64,000 nt of DNA from Candidatus Omnitrophota bacterium (GTDB lineage Bacteria; Omnitrophota; Gorgyraeia; JABMRG01). Position 1 is the stretch's first letter, and each line of letters opens with the position of its first letter. The stretch is taken from positions 966-64,965 of the forward strand of contig JBAZLY010000003.1 of assembly GCA_041650035.1 (NCBI GenBank). Direction: 5' to 3'. Below, in pieces: positions 8,974 through 17,342 of the stretch. The notes beneath the pieces are model-generated. The model was not told where the DNA came from, did no database searches, and worked only from the letters and a program-made list of their open reading frames with translations. The translations under genes and the position numbers were made by a program.

Positions 8974-9795
8974 TTACTTTAACCCTACATAGCCTTCCTT
9001 TTCTATCAATGACTGGCCTTCGGCGCTCAATACAAAATCTAAATAATCCTTTACAACACCTTTTGGCCTGCCGTTTGTGTACATAAAAAGAGGCCTTGCC
9101 AAAAGGTATTCGCCGGAGAGAACAGTCTCTTTAGTGCATTCAACGCCATTTACAGTTACAGATTTTACTTTATCGCTTATATAACCCAAACCTATGTAAC
9201 CTATAGCGCCTGGTGTTGATGATACTGTCTGGACAACCGCCTGATTTGATGCCTGCGAAAGCGCGTCCGGCCTGGTTCTCTGCTTATCCAGGGCCTTTTC
9301 TGTAAAACCCTCAAATGTACCGCTTGCGTTGTCGCGGCTTATGACAACTATCTTTCCACTGCTTCCTCCTAAATTAGACCAGTTTGATGTCTTTCCTATG
9401 TAAATATTGCTTATCTGTTGTTTCGTCATATTATTTATAGTGTTTGACGGATTAACTATAACAGCTATACCATCCATCGCAACCACATTTGCTTTTGGAG
9501 ATACGCCCATTGAAACAGCCTTATCCAATTCCTTATCCTTTATAGGCCTTGAGGAATCCGCAATATCTGTTGTACCGTCTATTATGCTGGTTATGCCTAC
9601 GCTGGATCCGCCTCCTTGAACAGATATATTTATACTAGAGTTCTTCTTCATAAACTCTTCTGCCGTCCTCTGCGCAATTGGGAGCACTGTGGTTGAACCC
9701 TTTATTGTTATTGAGTTTGACTCGGCGGCAAACAGATTAAAAGCAGAACCCAGAACAAAAATAGCTGTCAGGGTTTTTAACATTATCTTATTCAT
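8974..9795 (-). CDS. pstS: phosphate ABC transporter substrate-binding protein PstS
   Basis: 273 aa, signal peptide, PstS-family blocks GSTTVLPIAQ and QGGGSSVG. It is preceded by a Pho box. Confidence 0.9.
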   Translation of the reverse strand: MNKIMLKTLTAIFVLGSAFNLFAAESNSITIKGSTTVLPIAQRTAEEFMKKNSSINISVQGGGSSVGITSIIDGTTDIADSSRPIKDKELDKAVSMGVSPKANVVAMDGIAVIVNPSNTINNMTKQQISNIYIGKTSNWSNLGGSSGKIVVISRDNASGTFEGFTEKALDKQRTRPDALSQASNQAVVQTVSSTPGAIGYIGLGYISDKVKSVTVNGVECTKETVLSGEYLLARPLFMYTNGRPKGVVKDYLDFVLSAEGQSLIEKEGYVGLK

Positions 9796-9828
9796 TTTTT
9801 TTCTCCTGCAATATTTATACTATATATT

Positions 9829-9846
9829 TGTGACATAATTGTGACA
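9829..9846 (-). promoter_or_regulatory. Pho box upstream of pstS
   Basis: Minus strand reads TGTCACAattaTGTCACAaata, two identical 7-mers at 11-bp spacing, followed by TATAGTATAAAT (-10 region) and the RBS AGGAG. Confidence 0.75.
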
Positions 9847-9870
9847 ATAGATAAAACTCTATGCAACATA

Positions 9871-11169
9871 TTAAAACTTAAACGTTACATCTGTCTGAAA
9901 CAAATTCTCTTTTCTTGGGTCACCTGATAATCTCTGTGAATGGTAATAATCAACAGTAAAGATAACATTATCAAACAGCCCATACTCAAATAAAACTTCA
10001 AAACCCTTTACATCAGTTGCGCCGCCGTAAAAATCAGAATCAGGAAATATATCAAGCCACGCGTCTCGTTCAAGTTTTCTATACATATATTTGACCTGCC
10101 AATCTTTCTTATTGCTGACTTTCTTAGAGCCTATCTTTCCTCCGATGAGCCAACCATCTCTATTGTCCGATGGGTCTGGATTGTGTATGTAGTCACCAAA
10201 AGCACCCATATAGGGAATCTGTGCAAATATTCCTTCTGTGCCAAACGGTTCTTTAAATCCGAGCTCTGCTGTAGCACCATATGAATCATATTTATAAAGA
10301 TAGCCTCCTCGCGGGTCCGATGCCATGGTATTTGTCTCAGGGCTTGAGCGATGATCCAGCTCTTTTCCTTTTAATCCATTAAAACCATAGTAGTTAAAGC
10401 TCCCTTTAAAATTAATCGTATTCGTGACGTCCCAGCTGAATCCAGGCTGGACTGTCCACATAACAGGGTCTGCATTATAACCTGACGCTTCATCAAGAAC
10501 GAAAAACCCCGTGTTCGCAAACAGCTCTACGCTAGGATATGCCTGCTGGTTCAATTGTGCTGCAACGCCTCCCGGGTTTATGTCAGAATCCCATAAAAGA
10601 TCGTCTGCCATCCATATGGGGTTTTTAAACATACCGCCACATAGAGTTGCCCAGCTATAAGGTGAATATTTTGCATAGGCATAATCCAATCTTATAGATG
10701 GGTGTCCAAATGCATTCTCTATCGTAACGTTTGTTGAGCGCGGATCGCCGCTTCCTGTTGCAATGCCTGCGTCTATTGTAAATTGATCATTCGGCTTTGT
10801 CTCAAGACCAAGCCTATACCTTATCCTCATCCTGTCTCTATCTGTAGCCTTGGCAGTTGTACCTGTATCTCTCTTCTGCCATTGATAGCGCAGACGGAAA
10901 TCGCCTTTTAGCTTTGTATTCTGAACCCACTTTGGCAAAGATGGTGAATCGCCTTTGGCCATCTGGAGCTTTGCCTCTTCCTTTGTCTCTGTTACTATCT
11001 GCTGTGCCTCACCCGGTGTCAAAACCCCTTTCTCAACAAGCTTCTGCACAAGGATATCCACCTCCCCTGCAAAAACTTGTTTTGAAAACGATAGATTAAC
11101 AAACAAAACAGCTATGCAACATAATATAGCGCATTTAATTGCTCTGTTTTCAATAGTTATTTTCTTCAT
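9871..11169 (-). CDS. putative outer-membrane porin, Pho-regulon associated (possibly phosphate-selective)
   Basis: 432 aa with a signal peptide, an N-terminal helical segment (LVEKGVLTPGEAQQIV), then a beta-barrel-like alternating pattern ending ...TDVTFKF. It lies between a Pho-box promoter and pstS. Confidence 0.6.
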   Translation of the reverse strand: MKKITIENRAIKCAILCCIAVLFVNLSFSKQVFAGEVDILVQKLVEKGVLTPGEAQQIVTETKEEAKLQMAKGDSPSLPKWVQNTKLKGDFRLRYQWQKRDTGTTAKATDRDRMRIRYRLGLETKPNDQFTIDAGIATGSGDPRSTNVTIENAFGHPSIRLDYAYAKYSPYSWATLCGGMFKNPIWMADDLLWDSDINPGGVAAQLNQQAYPSVELFANTGFFVLDEASGYNADPVMWTVQPGFSWDVTNTINFKGSFNYYGFNGLKGKELDHRSSPETNTMASDPRGGYLYKYDSYGATAELGFKEPFGTEGIFAQIPYMGAFGDYIHNPDPSDNRDGWLIGGKIGSKKVSNKKDWQVKYMYRKLERDAWLDIFPDSDFYGGATDVKGFEVLFEYGLFDNVIFTVDYYHSQRLSGDPRKENLFQTDVTFKF

Positions 11170-11251
11170 CTTTTATATCTCCTTTTTAATTTATGAAATC
11201 TTTTCGCAAACTCGACACTTTTCGCATTTCCAATTACGCCTCCCTTTCGCA

Positions 11252-11380
11252 TTATATTTGTGAGTTTTTATGTTGGATAATTCTCGTAATAAGCTTAACT
11301 TTTTCTTTGATTAAAAAATAATAAGAAAAACCCATACCTGCGAGAATAAACAAACATGCAAATAGCAATATCAATCTCAT
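11252..11380 (-). CDS. unannotated 42-aa hydrophobic small ORF (speculative)
   Basis: My translation: MRLILLFACLFILAGMGFSYYFLIKEKVKLITRIIQHKNSQI. Strong RBS AAAGGAG lies 6 nt before the ATG. It is the first ORF behind the Pho-box array at 11418-11457. It falls below the 60-aa track cutoff. Confidence 0.35.
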   Translation of the reverse strand: MRLILLFACLFILAGMGFSYYFLIKEKVKLITRIIQHKNSQI

Positions 11381-11417
11381 AATCTTCTCCTTTTACCACC
11401 TTAAGGATAGACTATCT

Positions 11418-11457
11418 CTGTGAATTGGATATTACAGATTTGTGAATTCTGCGTGAA
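11418..11457 (-). promoter_or_regulatory. Pho-box-like array of direct repeats
   Basis: Minus strand reads TTCACGcagaaTTCACAaatcTGTAATatccaaTTCACAgag. TTCAC/TGTAA repeats fall in about 11-bp phase, and TATCCT follows 9 nt downstream. Confidence 0.55.
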
Positions 11458-11485
11458 ATGGGTTTAAGAATGAAATAAGGCTTGT

Positions 11486-13258
11486 TTAAGCCTTTGGGAT
11501 GGTGAAGGTGAAGGCAGAACCTGCTCCTGCCATACTTTGGACTGAAACCTCGCCTCCGTGGGCCTGGATGATATGTTTAACAATAGAAAGGCCAAGTCCT
11601 GTTCCGCCAGGGTCTTGTGAGCGAGCTTTGTCTACACGGTAGAATCTTTCAAAAATTCTTTTTTGGTGTTCTTCTGCTATGCCTACACCTGTATCTGAAA
11701 CATTTACTTGGACAAATTTATTCTTTTCTTTTGATGTAACAGATATAGCGCCTTTTTCCGGCGTGTATTTTACGGCGTTATCTATGAGATTCAACAGAAC
11801 CTGTGTAATCTTATTTTCATCAGCTAAAATTTTTGGGATATCATCAGGTATGTCAATCGATATATAGATTGATTTTTTGCTGGCTTGTTTGGCTAACCCC
11901 GATACCACCCTCTCTGCTATGAGCCTGAAAGTAAGCGGTTTTAGATTTAAATTAAGTTTTCCTGATTCTATCTTTGCAAGTTCTAAAAGATCAGATATTA
12001 AGGCCTCTAACCTGTCTGCATTATTATGCATTATGCTTATAAAATCTTTTGCATGTTTCTTATCATCTAATGCGCCGTCAAGCAAAGTCTCGGCATAGCC
12101 TTTTATATTTGATATCGGAGTACGTAATTCATGAGAGACATTGGCAACAAAGTCTTTTCGGATATTCTCAAGCCGCCTTAATTCTGTTATATCATAAAAG
12201 ACAAGCACGGCACCGTCAATCTCCTTATCTCTTATAACAGGGCTTGCGTGAACCGAAAGAATCTTTTCATCAGGTACAAGCAGTGATATCTCCTTTGATT
12301 CAACGCCTTCATGCAGTTTTAATGTATTATCAGCTATCTCCTGAATCTCGATATTTCGTATAACCTCAATCGGTTTTCTGCCAGTAGGATCATCTCTGAT
12401 ATTTAAAAAATCCTTTAGTGACTGATTAATAAGTAATATCGTACCTTTAATATCAACAACCATAACACCTTCAAACATGCTAAGCAGCACCGCCTCAAAC
12501 CGCGATCTACCAGCTGTGACCTCATTTATCTTAGAGCGAATCTGCTCAATCATATAGTTGATTGCCTGCGAAAGATCTCCTATCTCATCGTTGCTTTTAA
12601 CTATAGCCTTTTTAGAGAAATCTCCTCTTGCCACATTCTGCGCAATCCATGATATCTCTTTTATGGGCTTTGTTATAAATGCTGAAATAATAAAACTTAT
12701 AAGTACTGCGCACAAAAAAGCGATAATAAGTGAAGCCATAAGAGTCCTTTTCAGGCGGCTTGATATAAATTCTATTTCAGAAAACGGAATAGACAGCCTT
12801 ATAATGCCGACTGGTTTTTCTTTGCCAAACGGGGCAGCTATATATAGCATATTCATCTTTATGGTAGTGCTAAAACGGCTGCTTTCTCCTATGCCGTTTT
12901 GTAAGGCATCTTGCACCTCAGGCCTGTGTAAATGATTTTCGAGATTGGCAAGACCATCCCTGTCAAGATCAGAGTCACCGTAGACTATGCCGTCAAAACC
13001 TATAACAGTAGTTCTGATTTTAAGTTTTTCACCTATTTTATCTGCTATCTTATCTATCCCGTAAGAACTGGCATTAGTGTCTTGGTAATTCTCCAAAAGC
13101 AGTGCGGATAATTGGGCTTCTTTGATAAAATTTGACTTGATTCGCTGATATGTGTAATTACGTAAATTATCATTAAGATATATATACACACCTATAAGCA
13201 TAGATGCGATAATAATAATAAATATAATAGCAATCTTAAAATGTATGTTTGTCTTCAT
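11486..13258 (-). CDS. phoR: phosphate regulon sensor histidine kinase
   Basis: 590 aa with N-terminal TM, HAMP and PAS. H-box FVANVSHELRTP and ATPase G-box GGTGLGLSIVKH. Adjacent to phoB. Confidence 0.85.
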   Translation of the reverse strand: MKTNIHFKIAIIFIIIIASMLIGVYIYLNDNLRNYTYQRIKSNFIKEAQLSALLLENYQDTNASSYGIDKIADKIGEKLKIRTTVIGFDGIVYGDSDLDRDGLANLENHLHRPEVQDALQNGIGESSRFSTTIKMNMLYIAAPFGKEKPVGIIRLSIPFSEIEFISSRLKRTLMASLIIAFLCAVLISFIISAFITKPIKEISWIAQNVARGDFSKKAIVKSNDEIGDLSQAINYMIEQIRSKINEVTAGRSRFEAVLLSMFEGVMVVDIKGTILLINQSLKDFLNIRDDPTGRKPIEVIRNIEIQEIADNTLKLHEGVESKEISLLVPDEKILSVHASPVIRDKEIDGAVLVFYDITELRRLENIRKDFVANVSHELRTPISNIKGYAETLLDGALDDKKHAKDFISIMHNNADRLEALISDLLELAKIESGKLNLNLKPLTFRLIAERVVSGLAKQASKKSIYISIDIPDDIPKILADENKITQVLLNLIDNAVKYTPEKGAISVTSKEKNKFVQVNVSDTGVGIAEEHQKRIFERFYRVDKARSQDPGGTGLGLSIVKHIIQAHGGEVSVQSMAGAGSAFTFTIPKA

Positions 13259-13266
13259 AGGATATA

Positions 13267-13947
13267 TTATTCTTCCTTGATTCTGTAGCCTATACCCCTT
13301 ATAGTCTCTACTAATTTGCCGGCTTTTCCTAAGTTTTTCCTTAATCTTTTAATATGCGTATCAACAGTGCGGGTAGTGACTTCTGCCGATACGCCCCAGA
13401 CATCATCTAAAAGCCTATCCCTGGACTGCACCCTGCCCTTTCTTTCTATGAGAGTCCTGAGTAATTTAAATTCCATAAGAGGCAGGCTTATCTCTTTTTT
13501 ATCAACCTTAACTTTATGTCGTTCTGAATCTACTATTATATTGTGCGAGTTTAATATAGCTTTTGTTTCTTCTTTCTGTGTTCCGCGTTTCAAGATAGCC
13601 TTTATTCTTAATATTAGTTCGCGGGGGCTAAATGGTTTTACAACATAGTCATCAACGCCCAACTCAAACCCAACGACCTTATCAACTTCTTCCCCTTTGG
13701 CTGTAAGCATAACAATAGGGATATGCGAAAAATTCTTATCCTGTTTTATTATTTTACAGAATTGCACACCATCCATCTTTGGAAGCATTATATCTAATAT
13801 AATCAGATCTATGGATTCTTTGTTTAAAATATCTAAAGCATCTTCTGCGGTTATAGTGGCGATACAGCCGAAGCCTGCTTTTTCCAGATTATACCTTACA
13901 AGCTTGGAAATGTTTTTTTCATCTTCAACAACAAGTATCTTTTCCAT
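13267..13947 (-). CDS. phoB: phosphate regulon response regulator (OmpR/PhoB family)
   Basis: 226 aa. Receiver domain (DLIILDIMLP) plus winged helix (RTVDTHIKRLRKNL...GIGYRI). Pho box upstream. Confidence 0.85.
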   Translation of the reverse strand: MEKILVVEDEKNISKLVRYNLEKAGFGCIATITAEDALDILNKESIDLIILDIMLPKMDGVQFCKIIKQDKNFSHIPIVMLTAKGEEVDKVVGFELGVDDYVVKPFSPRELILRIKAILKRGTQKEETKAILNSHNIIVDSERHKVKVDKKEISLPLMEFKLLRTLIERKGRVQSRDRLLDDVWGVSAEVTTRTVDTHIKRLRKNLGKAGKLVETIRGIGYRIKEE

Positions 13948-14020
13948 ATCTTCTCCTGCTAAAATGCTATGTAAAATTAATCTATATTATAGTATTTTAA
14001 GATATATAAATAAATTTATT

Positions 14021-14048
14021 GTTACAGCCATGTGACTTCTTGGTGAAC
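14021..14048 (-). promoter_or_regulatory. Pho box upstream of phoB-phoR (autoregulation)
   Basis: Minus strand reads gTTCACCaagaaGTCACAtggcTGTAACAataa. Three repeats sit at exact 11-bp spacing, with an AT-rich -10 region about 10 nt downstream. Confidence 0.6.
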
Positions 14049-14300
14049 TTAATATCCTTATATAATGAATTAATTATAACGTGAAAAGATAAAAATATAA
14101 AGCAATTATTATCTTTTGAAAAGTATAAGCGGAAACATACAGAAACACGTAGCAACAAGTGGATTTGTCAGGAATTAAGTACAGCTTAGTATCTCTCTTT
14201 ACCTTTCCCCGATTTCTAATTAATGCCCGAAATATCACTCTTATCCCACGCAATATCGCCCATAACGCCCCTAACTACACATCCTTAACTACAAGCGGAT

Positions 14301-14453
14301 TCAGAGTAAAAAAGATGCTCCTCGGAGATTAATCAGGGGATTTTGGGGTTGCGGGATTCCTGCCTGCCGGCAGGCAGGGCTTCGTTGCGGAGCGCAGGTA
14401 AAAATTTGCCGTAATCCTTTGACACGTGCACAGATAGGTCCTTCGATTCGCAT
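14301..14453 (-). CDS. unannotated 50-aa small ORF (speculative)
   Basis: My translation: MRIEGPICARVKGLRQIFTCAPQRSPACRQAGIPQPQNPLINLRGASFLL. RBS AAAGGAGG lies 5 nt before ATG 14453. The RBS and ATG form the 3' arm of a 9-bp hairpin (AUAAAAUCC...GGAUUUUAU). No homology recognised. Confidence 0.25.
   Translation of the reverse strand: MRIEGPICARVKGLRQIFTCAPQRSPACRQAGIPQPQNPLINLRGASFLL
14359..14378. repeat. perfect 20-bp palindrome CCTGCCTGCCGGCAGGCAGG
   Basis: Read directly from the sequence. It lies inside the speculative small ORF, in the gene-free gap between phoB and tRNA-Gln. Confidence 0.9.
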
Positions 14454-14492
14454 AAAATCCTCCTTTTCGTCGGATTTTATTGTTCTCTCAGG

Positions 14493-14519
14493 GCCAAAAT
14501 TTTCAGAGAAAATTTTGGC
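14493..14519 (-). terminator. AU-rich 11-bp hairpin abutting the tRNA-Gln 3' end
   Basis: GCCAAAAUUUU-CUCUG-AAAAUUUUGGC. The 5' arm starts with the discriminator base and CCA of the tRNA. There is no U-tract, so a function as terminator or processing site is uncertain. Confidence 0.3.
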
Positions 14520-14590
14520 TGCCTCGTCTGGACTCGAACCAGAAACAACTGATCCAGAGTCAGTCGTGTTACCAATTACACCACGAGGCA
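14516..14590 (-). tRNA. tRNA-Gln (anticodon CUG)
   Basis: 75 nt folded by hand. Acceptor UGCCUCG/CGAGGCA (U1-A72, G73 as in bacterial tRNA-Gln), anticodon loop CUCUGGA, T-arm UCUGG-UUCGAGU-CCAGA, encoded CCA. Confidence 0.9.
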
Positions 14591-14675
14591 GCGAATTCCT
14601 AAAAAAATTATAAATTACCGTAAACCGGCAAAAAGCTTAACCATCTGTAGCTTTCCGGGATTTATGCCTGATATA

Positions 14676-15983
14676 TTATAATACCGAACAGGCGTCGTGA
14701 AGACGCGCAATTACCCGTTTTTTACCAATAAGACAGATCACATCAAATATGCCTGGCGTGGCCGAGGCGCCCGTCAATGCCACACGCGCCGGATGTATTA
14801 TCTCTGCAGGTTTTACTCCAAGCTCGCAGGATAATCCCCTTATCACGGCCTCTACGGCCGAGGGACTAAAGTCATTAACAGCATCCAATCTCCGCGCCAG
14901 CAATTTCAGGCGTTCCAGCTGAACGGTCAAACTAAGATACTGTTCTTTCGCCTGCCGGTCAAAAATAACCTCATTCTCAAAAAGAAACCTGCTTTTTTCA
15001 ATAAACTCGTCAATATTACAAAACCGTGTTTGGAAAGATTTTACAACACCTTCAAGCCATTGTCTATCATAATCTTGCCAGGTTACACCCCTTTGCTGAA
15101 GAAGCGCTTGAACAAAGTCCGTAAGTTCCGGTATCGGCCTCTCCCTGATATATTCTCCATTAAGCCAATTAAGTTTTTTGATGTTGAAAACAGCCCCGGT
15201 CTTGACGATAGACTTTAAGGAAAACAACTTTATTATCTGCTCAACACTAAGTTTTTCCCTGTTATCTTTAGGCGACCAACCCATCAATGATATAAAATTT
15301 ACTATTGCCTCCGGCATATAACCCTTTTGCCTGTATTCCTGAATGGACGTGGCCCCGTGACGTTTTGACATTCGGGACTTGTCTTCGCCTAATATCAAAG
15401 GTATGTGGGCAAACTTCGGCGGCTTAATACCCAATGCCTGGTAAACCAATATCTGTTTAGGGGTATTGGCGATATGGTCATCTCCTCTGATCACGTGGGT
15501 GATACCCATCGCGGCATCATCAACAACGCAGGCAAAATTATACGTCGGCGAGCCGTCGGATTTCATCAACACCAGATCATCAAGGGTATTGGAGTTTACC
15601 TCTATCCTGTCACGGACAATGTCATAGAAAACAACGACATACTCCTTTGCTATCTTAAGCCTTATGGCCCGGCCTTTCTCTGTCTCCTCGTGATAGGCCT
15701 TATTTTCTGATACCAGCCTGTCTGCCGCTTCTTTATATATATTATACCGTCTGCTTTGATAATAGATCTCCCCGTCCCAGGCCATGCCCAGCCATTTTAG
15801 ACTTTGCAGTATCTCATCAAGAAACCTGTTGTCCGAGCGTTCCTTATCGGTATCCTCGATACGCAGGATAAATTCCCCGCTATGATTCCTGGCATACAGC
15901 CAATTAAAAAGCGCCGTTCGGGCACTGCCTATGTGCAAAAAACCTGTCGGAGACGGCGCAAAACGCACCTTTACATCACTCAT
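14676..15983 (-). CDS. gltX: glutamyl-tRNA synthetase (short, 435 aa)
   Basis: Class I motifs HIGSARTALFNW and RMSKRHG (KMSKS). ATGA overlap with the upstream oxidoreductase gamma gene. Confidence 0.9.
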   Translation of the reverse strand: MSDVKVRFAPSPTGFLHIGSARTALFNWLYARNHSGEFILRIEDTDKERSDNRFLDEILQSLKWLGMAWDGEIYYQSRRYNIYKEAADRLVSENKAYHEETEKGRAIRLKIAKEYVVVFYDIVRDRIEVNSNTLDDLVLMKSDGSPTYNFACVVDDAAMGITHVIRGDDHIANTPKQILVYQALGIKPPKFAHIPLILGEDKSRMSKRHGATSIQEYRQKGYMPEAIVNFISLMGWSPKDNREKLSVEQIIKLFSLKSIVKTGAVFNIKKLNWLNGEYIRERPIPELTDFVQALLQQRGVTWQDYDRQWLEGVVKSFQTRFCNIDEFIEKSRFLFENEVIFDRQAKEQYLSLTVQLERLKLLARRLDAVNDFSPSAVEAVIRGLSCELGVKPAEIIHPARVALTGASATPGIFDVICLIGKKRVIARLHDACSVL

Positions 15984-16531
15984 ACCAATGATGCCCCCTT
16001 GTCAAGAGCCCTGATATTCAAGTCTATAGCATCCTTGTTACCGGCAAAGGCTATCCTGATCCCCTTTACAATATCTTTCCGGCACATTATAGACCTCTTT
16101 TTGCTGTAGGCCCCCAATATTATCATATTTGCCGCGCGCGCATCACCCATTTGATGCGCGATCTCCGTAACAGGTATCCTTATGGTCTCAACGCCTTTTT
16201 TCTTTATGTCCTCATCTACCAATGAGCTGTTCAGCAATAACAGATTTTGGGCCTGCGGCTGTCTATTATGCGCTTTGAACATATTTATAAATTTACCAAG
16301 CGAGGGCTTGTTCATTATGATCGCGGCTGTGCAATATTCGATTATTGGCGAGGCTACCTCCTCATCGGATATGACTACCATGCAATGGGCGGTCCCTCCT
16401 CTTACTTCAGCGCCATAAGACGGCATCCACGTGACATTCAGACAACGGTTCATCGCGCTATAAGCAATGAGCTTACCTAATATCATCACGCCCTGTCCGC
16501 CAAACCCGGCGCATATAATCTGTTCTTTCAT
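15980..16531 (-). CDS. 2-oxoacid:ferredoxin oxidoreductase, gamma subunit
   Basis: MKEQIICAGFGGQGVMILGKL... is a typical gamma-subunit N-terminus. Start taken at ATG 16531, 1 nt after the beta stop. Confidence 0.85.
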   Translation of the reverse strand: MKEQIICAGFGGQGVMILGKLIAYSAMNRCLNVTWMPSYGAEVRGGTAHCMVVISDEEVASPIIEYCTAAIIMNKPSLGKFINMFKAHNRQPQAQNLLLLNSSLVDEDIKKKGVETIRIPVTEIAHQMGDARAANMIILGAYSKKRSIMCRKDIVKGIRIAFAGNKDAIDLNIRALDKGASLV

Positions 16532-16532
16532 G

Positions 16533-17276
16533 TCAAACCCTATCCTTATAAACACCTAAGGGATAATCCTTGGACATGCGCTCTTTGATCCATCTCACCG
16601 ACGCCTCAACAGAACGGCCTGTGTAGGTTGGGCACATGGAAAGCACCTCAACCATCGAAAAACCTCTGCCCTTCAGCTGATTACCGAACGCTTTTTTTAT
16701 AGCACGTTTGGTTTTTATGATATTTTGCGGGGACTCGACAGAGACCCTCTCCAGATAGACCACTCCGTCAAGAACGGCCAGCATCTCGAGCACCTTCAAG
16801 GGGTTACCGTCACAGGCGGCATTTCTGCCATTTTGTGTCGTAGCAGTCTTTTGTCCGATAAGAGTGGTGGGGGCCATCTGGCCGCCCGTCATAGCGTATA
16901 CACCATTATTGACAAATATAACAGTAAGATTTTCCCCACGATTAGCGGCATGTATTGTTTCCGCTGTGCCTATAGCGGCGAGGTCTCCATCACCCTGATA
17001 GGTAAACACTATGTTATCAGGCATAGTCCTCTTTATGGCTGTGGCCACGGCAAGGCATCTGCCATGGGCTGATTCTGTGGTATCAAAATTCCAATAATCA
17101 TAGGCCAGCACAGCGCATCCTACCGGGGCAACGGCTACCACCTTTTCTCTTATGTCAAATTCATCTATCACCTCTGCAACGATCCTGTGCACTATCCCGT
17201 GCCCGCATCCCGCGCAATAATGGGTTGGGACATCGGTTAGACTTTTCGGCTTTGTTAATATCCTGCCTGATATCAT
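16533..17276 (-). CDS. 2-oxoacid:ferredoxin oxidoreductase, beta (TPP-binding) subunit
   Basis: 247 aa with HYCAGCGHG and the TPP motif YQGDGDLAAIG...NNGVYAMTGGQ. Confidence 0.9.
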   Translation of the reverse strand: MISGRILTKPKSLTDVPTHYCAGCGHGIVHRIVAEVIDEFDIREKVVAVAPVGCAVLAYDYWNFDTTESAHGRCLAVATAIKRTMPDNIVFTYQGDGDLAAIGTAETIHAANRGENLTVIFVNNGVYAMTGGQMAPTTLIGQKTATTQNGRNAACDGNPLKVLEMLAVLDGVVYLERVSVESPQNIIKTKRAIKKAFGNQLKGRGFSMVEVLSMCPTYTGRSVEASVRWIKERMSKDYPLGVYKDRV

Positions 17277-17342
17277 ATATTCAAACCCTTTTTCTAAAAA
17301 ATACTAATCGCTGTCCTGCCGATGAACAGCCACGAAACACGC

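Noticed and set aside
14419-14613. 64-aa plus-strand ORF, and similarly 38246..38506.
   Set aside because: Both run antisense through tRNA genes (tRNA-Gln and tRNA-Leu) and adjoining spacers, so they are spurious.
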